Assembly (NCBI GenBank): GCA_963762145.1
Contig: CAVXJS010000021.1
Coordinates: forward strand, 832,001-896,000
Direction of reading: 5' to 3'
Source: an uncultured Candidatus Rokubacteria bacterium
Lineage (GTDB): Bacteria; Methylomirabilota; Methylomirabilia; Rokubacteriales; CSP1-6
Length of the DNA stretch: 64,000 bases
The position numbers and the translations under genes are program-made. Below the pieces are notes generated by a model that was not told the DNA's origin, searched no databases, and worked only from the letters and a program-made list of their open reading frames with translations. This document shows positions 9,398 through 19,224 of this stretch, piece by piece. Position 1 is the first letter of the stretch; each line of letters starts with the position of its first letter.

Positions 9398-10594
9398 CTA
9401 GGACGACTTCGAGTCGTCCACGTCCCGGGCGCCCACCGTGCGGTTGCGGAACTCGCTCGGGACGGCCCGGCCCGCGTCCGTGAACGCGCGGCGGACCGCC
9501 TCCACGTTGGGGCTGAAGATGGTCTTCCGGTTGCTGCGCGCCCACTCGTTGGAGTCGCGGATGGGGCCGAGCGACCCCTGGAAGCGCGGCATCACGTAGC
9601 GGGCGAACAGCTCGTAGCTCTTGAGGGTCTGCTCGCGGTTGGCCCACTCGTGGGCGCGGAAGAGGACGCCACCGAAGCCGCCCGCGCTCAGCTCCTCCAG
9701 CCGCTCGATGCCGCGAATCACGGTGTCGGGCGCGCCGACCAGCGTGGTGCCCATCTTCACGCCCTCGCGCAGCGGATCGTCGGCGCGGCCCGGCGGGCGG
9801 CCGAGGGTGTCCTCGAAGTAGGTGATGGTCTCGTGGCGCTCGCCCCGCGACACCTCCCGGAGCGCCTGCTCGTCGTCATCGGAGACGTGCACGTTGACCA
9901 CGAGCCGCCACTTCTTCCGGTCCATGGTCTTGCCGTGCTTGGCCGCGGTCTCCTCGGCGATCTTCCACTGATTGGAGAGCGCCTCGGGCCCGCCGGGCAG
10001 CCCGGCTCCGAGCGAGAGCACGCCGATGCCGTGCTTGCCCGCGGTCATGACCCCCGCCGGCGTGATGGTGCTGGCCACCGCGATCGGGAAGTGCGGATCG
10101 GTGTAGGGCGCGAGGTGCAGCCGGGCCTCGCGCAGCTCGAACCAGTCGGTCTTCATCGTGACCGGCTCCTCGCACCGGAGGAGCTGCATGATCGCGTCGA
10201 GAGACTCGTCCATCCGCGCGCGCTGGGTCACCGGCTCGATGCCCATCATGTACGCGTCGGAGACGAGCGCCCCGGGCCCGATGCCGAGCATGGCGCGGCC
10301 GCGGGTCATGTGGTCGAGCTGCACGAAGCGCTGGGCCACCATGAGCGGGTGATGGTAGGGGAGGCTCGTGACCCCGGAGCCCAGCATGATGTGACGCGTG
10401 CGCTCGGCCGCGGCGGCGATGAACACCTCGGGGGAGGCGATCAGCTCCCAGCCCGCCGAGTGGTGCTCGCCGATCCACACCTCGTCGTAGCCGAGGTGGT
10501 CCATCCACTCGATCAGCTCCATGTCGCGGTTCATCGCGAGCGTGGGGTTCTCGCCGACCCGGTGGAAGGGCGCGAGGAAGATGCCGAACTTCAT
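9398..10594 (-). CDS. LLM-class flavin-dependent monooxygenase (limonene 1,2-monooxygenase-like)
   Basis: MKFGIFLAPFH, GYDEVWIGEHHSAGWELIASPE, LPYHHPLMVA, SYELFARYVMPRFQ. Confidence 0.9.
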   Translation of the reverse strand: MKFGIFLAPFHRVGENPTLAMNRDMELIEWMDHLGYDEVWIGEHHSAGWELIASPEVFIAAAAERTRHIMLGSGVTSLPYHHPLMVAQRFVQLDHMTRGRAMLGIGPGALVSDAYMMGIEPVTQRARMDESLDAIMQLLRCEEPVTMKTDWFELREARLHLAPYTDPHFPIAVASTITPAGVMTAGKHGIGVLSLGAGLPGGPEALSNQWKIAEETAAKHGKTMDRKKWRLVVNVHVSDDDEQALREVSRGERHETITYFEDTLGRPPGRADDPLREGVKMGTTLVGAPDTVIRGIERLEELSAGGFGGVLFRAHEWANREQTLKSYELFARYVMPRFQGSLGPIRDSNEWARSNRKTIFSPNVEAVRRAFTDAGRAVPSEFRNRTVGARDVDDSKSS

Positions 10595-10699
10595 GCCTTT
10601 GTGAGCCAATGCCGCCTCCGTGGCCAGGGAATCCGCGTCGAGATACGGCTGAATGTAGCATGCCTTGAGTCGGCGGCCCACCGGTGCTAGAAGAGGCCC

Positions 10700-11890
10700 A
10701 TGGATTTCACCTACACGCCCGAGCAGGAGAGCTTCCGCGCCGAGATCCGCGACTGGCTCCGCGCCAACCTCACCGACGATCTGCGCATCGAGGATCCGAC
10801 CGACGAGCGGGTCGCGCCCGATCGCGCGACGTTCGAGCGCCGGCGCGACTGGCAGCGCCGCATGTACGCGGCGGGCTGGGTCGGGATCTCGTGGCCCAAG
10901 GACTACGGCGGGCGCGGCGCCACCCTGATGGAGCAGGTCATCTACGACGAGGAGTGCTTCCGGGCGCGTGCCCCCGTGCTCCCCGGCTACTCCGGCATCG
11001 GGATGGCGGGCCCGACCATCATCGAGTGGGGCACCGAGGCCCAGAAGCAGCGCTACCTGCCCCGCATCCTCGGCGCCGACGACATCTGGTGCCAGGGCTA
11101 CTCGGAGCCGGGGGCGGGCTCGGACCTGGCCGGCCTCAGCACCCGCGCCGACGACCGGGGTGACCACTTCGTGGTCAACGGCCAGAAGGTGTGGACCTCG
11201 GGCGCGCAGTACGCGGACTGGATCTATCTCCTCGTGCGCACCGATCCCGCCGCGCCCAAGCACCGCGGCATCAGCTATCTCCTGGTCGACATGAAGACGC
11301 CCGGCATCGCGGTGCGGCCGCTCGTGCTGCTCAACGGGCACCGGCACTTCAACGAAGTGTTCTTCGTCGACGTGGCGGTACCGAAGGCCAACCTCATCGG
11401 CCGGCAGAACGAGGGGTGGAAGCCCGCGATGACCACGCTCATGTACGAGCGCAAGGGCGGCGGCGGGCGCGGCCACGAGGAGCAGCTGGCGCGGCTGCGC
11501 GCGCTGGCCATGACGGTGCCGCTCGACGGCCGGCCCGCGTGGGAGCACCCGGTGATCCGCCAGCGCTTCGCCCAGCTCGTCATCGACGCGCAGTGCCAGC
11601 GCTACACGCGCATGCGCAACCTCACCCGGCAGCTCCGCGGCGAGCCGCCCGGGCCGGAGGGGTCGATCCTCAAGCTCTTTGGCTCCGAGCTGGGCGTGCG
11701 CATCGCCGACTTCGCGGGGGAGCTGCTCGGCCCGCACGCGCTCGTGAACCGCGCGAGCCCCCAGGTGCCCGATGGCCCCCGCTGGTACAACCGCGTGCTG
11801 AGCGCGCGGCAGTACACGATCGCGGGCGGCACCAGCGAGATTCAGCGCAACATCATCGGCGAGCGGGTACTCGGGCTCCCCAAAGACTAG
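10700..11890 (+). CDS. acyl-CoA dehydrogenase family protein
   Basis: WCQGYSEPGAGSDLA, NGQKVWTS, FNEVFF, TIAGGTSEIQRNIIGERVLGLPK. Confidence 0.93.
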   Translation: MDFTYTPEQESFRAEIRDWLRANLTDDLRIEDPTDERVAPDRATFERRRDWQRRMYAAGWVGISWPKDYGGRGATLMEQVIYDEECFRARAPVLPGYSGIGMAGPTIIEWGTEAQKQRYLPRILGADDIWCQGYSEPGAGSDLAGLSTRADDRGDHFVVNGQKVWTSGAQYADWIYLLVRTDPAAPKHRGISYLLVDMKTPGIAVRPLVLLNGHRHFNEVFFVDVAVPKANLIGRQNEGWKPAMTTLMYERKGGGGRGHEEQLARLRALAMTVPLDGRPAWEHPVIRQRFAQLVIDAQCQRYTRMRNLTRQLRGEPPGPEGSILKLFGSELGVRIADFAGELLGPHALVNRASPQVPDGPRWYNRVLSARQYTIAGGTSEIQRNIIGERVLGLPKD

Positions 11891-11902
11891 GCGCCGTTGA
11901 AG

Positions 11903-11997
11903 GGCGAGGTGCAGCCGAAGGCGAGCCGGTGGCACGGCGAGGTGCAGCCGAAGGCGAGCGGTGGCACGCGAGGTGCAGCGAGGCAGCCGAGCGAATC
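11903..11997. repeat. intergenic tandem repeat, ~33-bp unit x ~3 (degenerating)
   Basis: GGCGAGGTGCAGCCGAAGGCGAGCCGGTGGCAC at 11903, near copy at 11936, divergent third copy at 11968. Confidence 0.8.
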
Positions 11998-12015
11998 CAA
12001 AAAGGGGGTCACCGT

Positions 12016-12402
12016 TTGAGCGACACGAACCGAGAGCAGCAGGCGGAAGCGCTCATCGCGAAGATGAAGGCCGCGCGGGGCTACATGTACCCGGAGTGGG
12101 AATTCGCGGCGCGGCAGGACCCCGAGTTCGTCGAGGCCTACAACCGTCTCTACGAGCTCTCTCTGGGCGAGGGCCGGCACGTCTCGGCCAAGGTGCGCGA
12201 GTTCGTGGCCATCGCGCTCCTCTGCTTCCGCGGGGGCGAGCGGGCCGGTCTGGTGGCGCACATGCGCCGCGCGATCCAGTTCGGGGCGACCCCCGCCGAG
12301 CTCTTCGAGGTGCTCGAGGCCTGCGTGGTGCCGGGGGGCGCCCCCACCTTCCACCGGGGTCTGGGCGCGCTCATGGAGGTCGTGGGCCCCGCACCGCGCT
12401 AG
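12016..12402 (+). CDS. carboxymuconolactone decarboxylase (AhpD-like) family protein
   Basis: TTG start after AAGGGGG; SAKVREFVAIALL...HMRRAIQFGATPAELFEVL. Confidence 0.85.
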   Translation: MSDTNREQQAEALIAKMKAARGYMYPEWEFAARQDPEFVEAYNRLYELSLGEGRHVSAKVREFVAIALLCFRGGERAGLVAHMRRAIQFGATPAELFEVLEACVVPGGAPTFHRGLGALMEVVGPAPR

Positions 12403-12408
12403 GCCGTC

Positions 12409-12438
12409 TTGACAGGTCCCCGCCGCGGGGCCTAGAGT
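12409..12438 (+). promoter_or_regulatory. sigma70-type promoter of ABC module 1
   Basis: TTGACA-18 nt-TAGAGT. Confidence 0.7.
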
Positions 12439-12601
12439 GCCGGACACGCTTGCCAGCTGGTCGCTTCGCGGAGGCACGGATGGAGTCAGTGCCTGATCAC
12501 GAACGCTCCTCTCGGTGCGCCGCTCGCGCAAACCCTGTCGTCCTGCTTTCCCGAGCAGTGAACCGCCCCCCATCTGTCCGCCTCGACGCGGAGGAGGTCC
12601 C

Positions 12602-13879
12602 ATGAGCACTCGACGCGAATTCCTGACCACGGCCATCGCCGGGGGCGCCGCCGCGGCGGCCCTCGGGCCCCGACGCGCCGGCGCCGCCCCCAAGTCGATG
12701 GGGGTCGTCCACGAGAGCTCGTTCATCAAGGGTTTCGACGATTTCTTCGTGAAGACCCTCTCCCCCGAGTACGAGAAGCTCACCGGCATCAAGGTCGCGT
12801 ACGAGCCGGTGAGCGTCGGCAGCATGCTCACCCGGCTCACCACGATCATCGAGACCAAGTCCGGCCCCGAGATCGTCGCCACCGGCGTCAACTGGCCCCA
12901 TCTCTTCGACCCGGGCCTGCTCGACGTCACCGACGTGGCCAACGAGATCGGCAAGAAGATCGGCCCCTGGCACGACAACATCCTCGACTCGGTGGTGGTG
13001 AACAAGAAGTGGAAGGCGCTGCCCTGGGGCAACATCGGCCAGCTCGAGGTCTACCGCACGGACTGGTTCAAGGAAGTGGGCGTGACCAAGTTCCCGGACA
13101 CCTGGGAAGATCTCCTCACCGTGGGCCGCATGCTCAAGAAGAAGGGGCACCCCTTCGGCTTCGAGCTGGGCCACGGGTTCGGCGACAACCACGGCTGGAT
13201 GTACCCGCTGCTGTGGTCCTACGGCGGCCGCGAAGTGGACAAGGACGGCAAGACGGTGCTGATCGACTCCAGCGAGACCGCCCAGGCGGTGGATTTCTGC
13301 CGCCGGTTCTACAAGGAGACGATGCTCGAGGACGTGCTGGGCTGGACCGACGTCAACAACAACAAGGCGTTCTTCGGCGAGCAGATCTCCTGCACCAACA
13401 ACGCGATGTCGATCCTGATCGTGGCCAAGCGTGATTTCCCGGACATCGCGAAGGTCACCGACCACGGCCTCAATCCCCAGGGGCCGAAGGGCCGCTACCA
13501 CCTCTACAATCCGCAGTCCCACGCGATCGCCTCGCACGCGCCCGACCCGGCGGCGGCCAAGGCCTTCCTGCGCTGGCTCTACGACGACAAGCAGCTCTCC
13601 CGCTGGCTCGTCTCGGGCGACGCCTACTACGCGCCGTTCCTGAACGGCTACGACAATCACCCGATGTGGAACGTGGATCCGCGCTACATGCCCTTCAAGG
13701 AGTCGTTGAAGACGTCGCGCCTGCACGGGTGGCCCGGCCCTCCCGGCCACGCGATGTCGGAGAGCGTGGCGAAGTACGTGCTCTGCGACATGTTCGCCAA
13801 GGCCTGCCGGGGCGATTCGACGAAGGACGTCATCGCCACCGCGGCCGCACAGCTCAAGCAGATCTACAAGGCGAAGTAG
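12602..13879 (+). CDS. carbohydrate-type ABC transporter extracellular solute-binding protein (Tat signal)
   Basis: STRREFL Tat motif; YRTDWF, FPDTWEDL, NNKAFF. Confidence 0.9.
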   Translation: MSTRREFLTTAIAGGAAAAALGPRRAGAAPKSMGVVHESSFIKGFDDFFVKTLSPEYEKLTGIKVAYEPVSVGSMLTRLTTIIETKSGPEIVATGVNWPHLFDPGLLDVTDVANEIGKKIGPWHDNILDSVVVNKKWKALPWGNIGQLEVYRTDWFKEVGVTKFPDTWEDLLTVGRMLKKKGHPFGFELGHGFGDNHGWMYPLLWSYGGREVDKDGKTVLIDSSETAQAVDFCRRFYKETMLEDVLGWTDVNNNKAFFGEQISCTNNAMSILIVAKRDFPDIAKVTDHGLNPQGPKGRYHLYNPQSHAIASHAPDPAAAKAFLRWLYDDKQLSRWLVSGDAYYAPFLNGYDNHPMWNVDPRYMPFKESLKTSRLHGWPGPPGHAMSESVAKYVLCDMFAKACRGDSTKDVIATAAAQLKQIYKAK

Positions 13880-13882
13880 GCG

Positions 13883-14818
13883 ATGGCGGTCCGGCCCGAC
13901 CTGGTGGCCCGATCGGCCCAGGTCGCGGCCCGGCCGCGCCTGTTTCACGGCGTGCTCGAGCGGGAAGCGGCGTTCAGCTGGATCATGCTGGCGCCGGGCG
14001 TCCTCTTCCTGCTCGCGTTCGTCGCCTACCCGCTCTTCTACGGCGTCTGGCTGAGCCTGCACGATCGGCCGGTCGCCAAGCCCGGCGTCTTCACCGGGCT
14101 CGGCAACTTCGTCACGCTCGCCCACGACGCGGTGTTCTGGCAGGTGACCCGCAACACCTTCGTGTACACCATCGTCACCACCGTGCTGAAGCTGCTGGGC
14201 GGGCTCGCGATGGCCCTCGTGATCAATCAGCACTTCCGCGGGCGGAGTCTCGTCCGCGCCTTCCTGCTCCTGCCCTTCATCGTGCCGACCATCCTCAGCA
14301 CGGTGGCCTGGATGTGGATCTTCGATCCCACCTTCAGCGTCATCAACTGGACGCTCGTCAAGACCGGCGTCGTCAGCAGCGGATTCTCGTGGCTGGGCAA
14401 CAAGGATCTCGCGATGGTGGCGATCATCATCGTCAATACCTGGCGCGGCATTCCCTTCTACGGCATCACCCTACTCGCGGGCCTCCAGACCATCTCGCCC
14501 GAGCTCTACGAGGCCGCCGCCATCGACGGGGCGTCGGTTCGACAGCGGTTTCTTCACGTGACGCTGCCGATCATCATGCCGATCCTGATCATCGTGACCA
14601 TGTTCTCGGTGATCTTCACCTTCTCCGACTTCCAGATCGTCTACGCCCTCACCCACGGCGGCCCCGCCAATGCCACCCAGGTGTTCGTCACCTACGCCTT
14701 CGACGTCGCGATGTCGGGAGGACAGCTCGGCATGGGCGCGGCGGCGGCCCTCGCCATGCTCCCGGCCCTCGCGGTCATGATCGTGGCCCTCACGCTCTAT
14801 CTGAGGCGTCAGTCGTGA
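13883..14818 (+). CDS. carbohydrate ABC transporter permease (MalF-like)
   Basis: EAA loop LYEAAAIDGAS; multiple TM helices. Confidence 0.92.
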   Translation: MAVRPDLVARSAQVAARPRLFHGVLEREAAFSWIMLAPGVLFLLAFVAYPLFYGVWLSLHDRPVAKPGVFTGLGNFVTLAHDAVFWQVTRNTFVYTIVTTVLKLLGGLAMALVINQHFRGRSLVRAFLLLPFIVPTILSTVAWMWIFDPTFSVINWTLVKTGVVSSGFSWLGNKDLAMVAIIIVNTWRGIPFYGITLLAGLQTISPELYEAAAIDGASVRQRFLHVTLPIIMPILIIVTMFSVIFTFSDFQIVYALTHGGPANATQVFVTYAFDVAMSGGQLGMGAAAALAMLPALAVMIVALTLYLRRQS

Positions 14819-15660
14819 TCGACGGGCGCGGCTGGGGCTCGCGGATCCTCCGGATCTACCTGCCGGTGCTCGTCTGCCTGGTGGTGATGCTGTTCCCGTT
14901 CTACTGGATGCTCATCGCGTCCATCAAGCCGAACCGGGAGCTCTACAACGCCAAGATCATGCCGCTGGTCGTCTACCAGCCCACGCTCAAGCACTACTAC
15001 GACCTGCTCGCCGACACGAACTTCCTGCTGTGGACCTACAACACCATGCTGGTCGCGGTGATCACCACCGCGGTCTCCCTGGTCCTCGGGGCGATGATCG
15101 CCTACCCGCTCGCCCGCATGAACTTCCCCGGCGCCGCGATCGTGGCGATCGGGGTCGCCGCCACCTACCTGGTCCCTCAGCCGCTCCTCTTCATCCCGAT
15201 GGCCGACATCATCAACCGGCTCGACCTGGGGAACACCTTGAGCGCGGTGATGCTGACATACCCCACCCTGCTCATCCCGTTCTGCTCGTGGCTGCTCATG
15301 GGCTACTTCAAGAGCGTGCCGCGGGAGCTGGAGGAGGCGGCCCGGATCGACGGGGCGAGCCGCTTCCAGGCGATGTGGCGCGTGGTGCTGCCGCTGACCA
15401 CCCCCGGCCTGCTCTCCGCCGGCATCTTCGCCTTCACGCTGGCCCAGAACGAGTTCCTCTACGCGCTGATCTTCCTCGCCAAGAGCGAGGTGCGCACCGT
15501 GCCGGTCGGCGTGATCACCGAGTTGATCCGCGGGGACGTCTTCTACTGGGGCCAGCTCATGGCGGCGGCGCTCCTCGGCTCCATCCCCGTTGCGGTCATC
15601 TACTCCTTCTTCGTGGACTACTACGTGGCGGGGCTCACCGCGGGGTCCGTCAAGAGCTAG
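14815..15660 (+). CDS. carbohydrate ABC transporter permease (MalG-like)
   Basis: GTGA overlap; PRELEEAARIDGAS; GLTAGSVKS end. Confidence 0.92.
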   Translation: MIDGRGWGSRILRIYLPVLVCLVVMLFPFYWMLIASIKPNRELYNAKIMPLVVYQPTLKHYYDLLADTNFLLWTYNTMLVAVITTAVSLVLGAMIAYPLARMNFPGAAIVAIGVAATYLVPQPLLFIPMADIINRLDLGNTLSAVMLTYPTLLIPFCSWLLMGYFKSVPRELEEAARIDGASRFQAMWRVVLPLTTPGLLSAGIFAFTLAQNEFLYALIFLAKSEVRTVPVGVITELIRGDVFYWGQLMAAALLGSIPVAVIYSFFVDYYVAGLTAGSVKS

Positions 15661-15703
15661 CGTCGTCCCTCCCGCCGACCCCCCGCCCCACGGGGGCCGC
15701 GCC

Positions 15704-15733
15704 TTGACAGGGGCCGGGCGCCCAGCCTAAAGT
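15704..15733 (+). promoter_or_regulatory. sigma70-type promoter of ABC module 2
   Basis: TTGACA-18 nt-TAAAGT; homologous to the 12409 promoter. Confidence 0.7.
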
Positions 15734-15856
15734 GCCGCACACGCCTGAATAGGCTGGTGTTCTTGGAGGCCGGATCTGGCAGAACCCCTCTCCCGGGGGC
15801 AGGATGTTCGGCGCACGACCCAATGGCAATACCACGCCACATACAAGGGGAAATGC

Positions 15857-17155
15857 ATGGCACAGCCCAAACAGTCGAAGGCCACCCGTCGTAGCTTTCT
15901 GAAGCTCGCCGCCGCCGGGGCCGCCGGGGTCGCCGCGGGTCCCTGGATCTCCCGCAATGCCCAGGCCAAGCCGGTATCGATCACGTTCGCTCGCGAAAGC
16001 TCCTACGTGAAGAACTTCGACGTGCACTTCCAGAACGTGATGGCGCCGGCCTACGAGAAGGCCACCGGCATCAAGATCGAGTACCAGATCCAGGCCGCGG
16101 GCGGCAGCGCGGTGCCCCAGCTCGTCTCCATGGTCGAGAACAAGGCCGGCGCCGACCTGGCCTGGGTGCAGCAGGAGTGGCTCTATCGCGACGCCCTGGT
16201 GGACGTGTCCGACATCGCCGAGGAGGTGGGCAAGCAGCAGGGCGGCTGGTACGACGAGATCAAGCTCCTGTCCGTCGAGAAGGGCAAGTGGAAGTCCATC
16301 CCCAACGGGAACATCGGCCAGCTGATGAACTACCGGAAGGACTGGTTCGACGAGGCCGGCGTCAAGAGCTTCCCCGAGACGTGGGACGAGTTCCTGGAGG
16401 CCGGCATCAAGCTGAAGGCCAAGGGCCATCCCTTCGGCATGTCCATGGGACACGGCTTCGCCGACAACTACTCCTGGCTCTACCCCCTGCTGTGGTCCTA
16501 CGGGGTGACGGTCATGGACAAGGACGGCAAGAAGGTGGCGCTCGACACCAACGAGACCGCGCGGGCCGTCGAGTACGTACAGAAGCTGTACAAGCAGGCC
16601 TGCATCGAGGACTGCATCGGGTGGCTGGATCCGGCCAACAACAAGGCCTTCCTGACCAGCCAGATCTCGTGCACCAACAACGCCTACAGCATCATGGTCT
16701 CGGCCAAGCGCGACCTGCCCGAGATGGGCAAGGTGATCGAGCATGGGCTGAATCCCAAGGGCCCCACCGGCAAGCGCTACCACGCGCTCGTACCGGTGAC
16801 GCACGGCGTGTTCGCCCACAGCAAGGACCCGCAGGCGGCCAAGGATTTCCTACGCTGGATGATGGACCCGAAGCAGTACCGGCCGTGGATCGCCTCGGGC
16901 GACATGTACTTCGCCCCCTACCTGCACGCGTTCGACAAGGTGCCCGAGTGGGACGTCGAGCCGCGGGTGAAGCCGTTCCAGAAGGTGCTCGAGACCGGCA
17001 AGCTCACGTCGTGGCCGGCGCCCGCCAACCGCCAGCACGGCGAAGTGGTCAATCGCTGGATCGTGATCGACATGTTCACCAAGGCCTGCACGGGCACGCC
17101 GGTCAAGTCGGCCATCGCGGAGGCCGTGAAGCAGCTCAAGACCATCTACGGGTAG
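15857..17155 (+). CDS. carbohydrate-type ABC solute-binding protein (Tat signal), paralogue of 12602
   Basis: TRRSFLK; GNIGQL, YRKDWF, KGHPFG..GHGF.DN, DMFTKAC shared with 12602. Confidence 0.9.
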   Translation: MAQPKQSKATRRSFLKLAAAGAAGVAAGPWISRNAQAKPVSITFARESSYVKNFDVHFQNVMAPAYEKATGIKIEYQIQAAGGSAVPQLVSMVENKAGADLAWVQQEWLYRDALVDVSDIAEEVGKQQGGWYDEIKLLSVEKGKWKSIPNGNIGQLMNYRKDWFDEAGVKSFPETWDEFLEAGIKLKAKGHPFGMSMGHGFADNYSWLYPLLWSYGVTVMDKDGKKVALDTNETARAVEYVQKLYKQACIEDCIGWLDPANNKAFLTSQISCTNNAYSIMVSAKRDLPEMGKVIEHGLNPKGPTGKRYHALVPVTHGVFAHSKDPQAAKDFLRWMMDPKQYRPWIASGDMYFAPYLHAFDKVPEWDVEPRVKPFQKVLETGKLTSWPAPANRQHGEVVNRWIVIDMFTKACTGTPVKSAIAEAVKQLKTIYG

Positions 17156-17157
17156 GG

Positions 17158-18096
17158 ATGAGCAAGATGCTCGAGGCCTCTCGGGCGGGCGCCCTCGCGG
17201 CGCCCGCCCGGCGGCCGTTCCGGCTCCGCGCGTTCCTGGAGCGGGAGTCCGTGTTCTCCTGGCTCATGGTCACGCCGCCGGTGCTGTTCCTGCTGTTGTT
17301 CCTGGGCTATCCGTTCTTCTACGGCGTCTATCTCAGCTTCTTCCAGCGAGAAGTCGCCCGCCCTCCCTCCTTCGTGGGCCTGGGAAACTTCGTCACCCTC
17401 TCGAACGACCCGATCTTCTGGCAGGCGGTCAGGAACACCCTCCTGTTCACCGCGGTGGCGACCGTGCTCAAGGCGGGCGGCGGGCTGGCCATGGCCCTGG
17501 TGATGAACCAGAACTTCCGGATGAAGGCCGTCACCCGGGCCATGCTCCTGCTCCCGTTCATCGTGCCCACCGTGCTCAGCACGGTGGCGTGGCAGTGGAT
17601 CCTGGACCCCGGCATGGGCCTGTTCAACCGTCTGCTGGTGGTGAGCGGCCTGGCGACGACGGGCCCGTCCTGGCTCGGCACCCCGACCATGGCCATGATC
17701 TCCATCATCATGGTCAACACGTGGCGCGGGCTGCCGTTCTTCGGCATCTCGATCCTCGCGGGCCTGCAGACCATTCCGGTCGACCTGCACGAGTCGGCGA
17801 CCATCGACGGCGCCGGCACCTGGGGCCGCTTCCGGTACGTGACGCTGCCCGCGCTCCTCCCGGTCATCTTCATCGTGACCACGTTCTCGATCGTCATCAC
17901 CTTCTTCGACTTCCAGCTCGTCTACGTGCTCACCGGCGGCGGCCCCGCCAACTCCACGCACCTCATGGCGACCTACGCCTACAGCCTGAGCATGGGGGCG
18001 GGCCAGATGGGGCTCGGCTCCGCGGTCGCGCTCAGCATGGTCCCGGTCCTGGGCCTCCTGCTGGTGCTGCTCACCCTCTACGTGCGCAAGGACTGA
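17158..18096 (+). CDS. carbohydrate ABC transporter permease (MalF-like)
   Basis: LHESATIDGAG; paralogue of 13883. Confidence 0.92.
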   Translation: MSKMLEASRAGALAAPARRPFRLRAFLERESVFSWLMVTPPVLFLLLFLGYPFFYGVYLSFFQREVARPPSFVGLGNFVTLSNDPIFWQAVRNTLLFTAVATVLKAGGGLAMALVMNQNFRMKAVTRAMLLLPFIVPTVLSTVAWQWILDPGMGLFNRLLVVSGLATTGPSWLGTPTMAMISIIMVNTWRGLPFFGISILAGLQTIPVDLHESATIDGAGTWGRFRYVTLPALLPVIFIVTTFSIVITFFDFQLVYVLTGGGPANSTHLMATYAYSLSMGAGQMGLGSAVALSMVPVLGLLLVLLTLYVRKD

Positions 18097-18114
18097 GCGC
18101 CAAGGAATGAGTGA

Positions 18115-18960
18115 ATGGTCGGCGAGCTGACCTGGCGCAAGCGAATCTTCGGTCTCTGGCTGCCGTTGCTGGCGTTCGTCGTGATCGCGCTGTTCCCGTT
18201 CACGTGGATGGCGGCCACCTCGCTCAAGACCAATGCCGAGCTGTACAACCCGAAGGCCAATCCGCTGACGATCCAGCACCCCTCGCTGGTCCACTACATC
18301 GACCTGCTGAAGGAGACCAACTTCCTGACCTGGGTGGTCAACACCATGCTGGTGGCCGGGGTCGCCACCTTCATCTCCCTGCTCCTCGGGAGCATGCTGG
18401 CCTACCCGCTGGCGCGCATGCGGTTCCGGGGCGCTCCGCTGCTGGCCATCGCGGTGGCGGTGACGTATCTGATCCCCCAGACGCTGCTGTTCGTTCCGAT
18501 GGCCGATCTCATCGGCCGGATGAAGCTGGGCAATACGCTCAGCGCGGTGATGCTGACCTACCCGACGCTGCTCGTGCCATTCATCGCCTGGCTGCTGATG
18601 GGATACTTCAAGACGGTGCCGAAGGAGCTCGAGGAGCAGGCCATGATCGACGGCGCGAGCCGCTGGCGCGCCATGACGAGGATCATCCTTCCGCTCTGCC
18701 TGCCCGGCTTCCTGTCCGCCGGGATCTTCGCCTTCACGCTGTCGCAGAACGAGTTTCTCTACGCGCTCCTCTTCCTCAGCAAGTCGAGCGTGCGGACCGT
18801 GCCGATCGGCGTGGTGGGCGAGCTGATCCGCGGCGACGCCTTCTACTGGGGCCAGCTGATGGCGGGGGCGCTGCTGGGCTCCATCCCGGTCGCGCTCATC
18901 TACTCCTTCTTCGTGAAGTACTACGTCGCCGGGCTCACCGCGGGGGCCGTCAAGGGGTAG
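18115..18960 (+). CDS. carbohydrate ABC transporter permease (MalG-like)
   Basis: PKELEEQAMIDGAS; paralogue of 14815. Confidence 0.92.
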   Translation: MVGELTWRKRIFGLWLPLLAFVVIALFPFTWMAATSLKTNAELYNPKANPLTIQHPSLVHYIDLLKETNFLTWVVNTMLVAGVATFISLLLGSMLAYPLARMRFRGAPLLAIAVAVTYLIPQTLLFVPMADLIGRMKLGNTLSAVMLTYPTLLVPFIAWLLMGYFKTVPKELEEQAMIDGASRWRAMTRIILPLCLPGFLSAGIFAFTLSQNEFLYALLFLSKSSVRTVPIGVVGELIRGDAFYWGQLMAGALLGSIPVALIYSFFVKYYVAGLTAGAVKG

Positions 18961-18987
18961 CTCCGCCTGCCCCGGCGCCTGGTCACC

Positions 18988-19152
18988 GGCCGGACGCGGG
19001 CGGGGGTGGCGGGGGGTGGGGCTCTGACCACGACACGCTTTCTCGTCTTGTTGCGCGAGTAGTTCCCAATCTGGGATGGCTTGGCTCCGGCGTTCGTTGG
19101 CGGGAAACGGGTCACCCGCCCCACCCCCCGCCACCCCCGCCCGCGTCCGGCC
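18988..19152. mobile_element. MITE-like element: 35-bp perfect inverted repeats around a 95-bp core
   Basis: GGCCGGACGCGGGCGGGGGTGGCGGGGGGTGGGGC at 18988-19022 and exact reverse complement at 19118-19152; no target duplication seen. Confidence 0.55.
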
Positions 19153-19178
19153 TCCCGCGTGGTCTCTTTCTGCTTCAA

Positions 19179-19213
19179 CCCTCTCCCCTCTGGGGAGAGG
19201 GTAGGGTGAGGGG
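19179..19213. repeat. REP-like palindromic repeat, copy 2
   Basis: CCCTCTCCCC-TCT-GGGGAGAGGG-TAGGGTGAGGGG. Confidence 0.8.
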
Positions 19214-19224
19214 CGCTGGCTCGC

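Noticed and set aside
9398-11935. 845-aa ORF suggesting an LLM fusion
   Set aside because: The N-terminal 447 aa are antisense to the acyl-CoA dehydrogenase; the LLM gene starts near 10594.
11903-11997. Possible mini-CRISPR
   Set aside because: No unique spacers; units are contiguous and degenerate.
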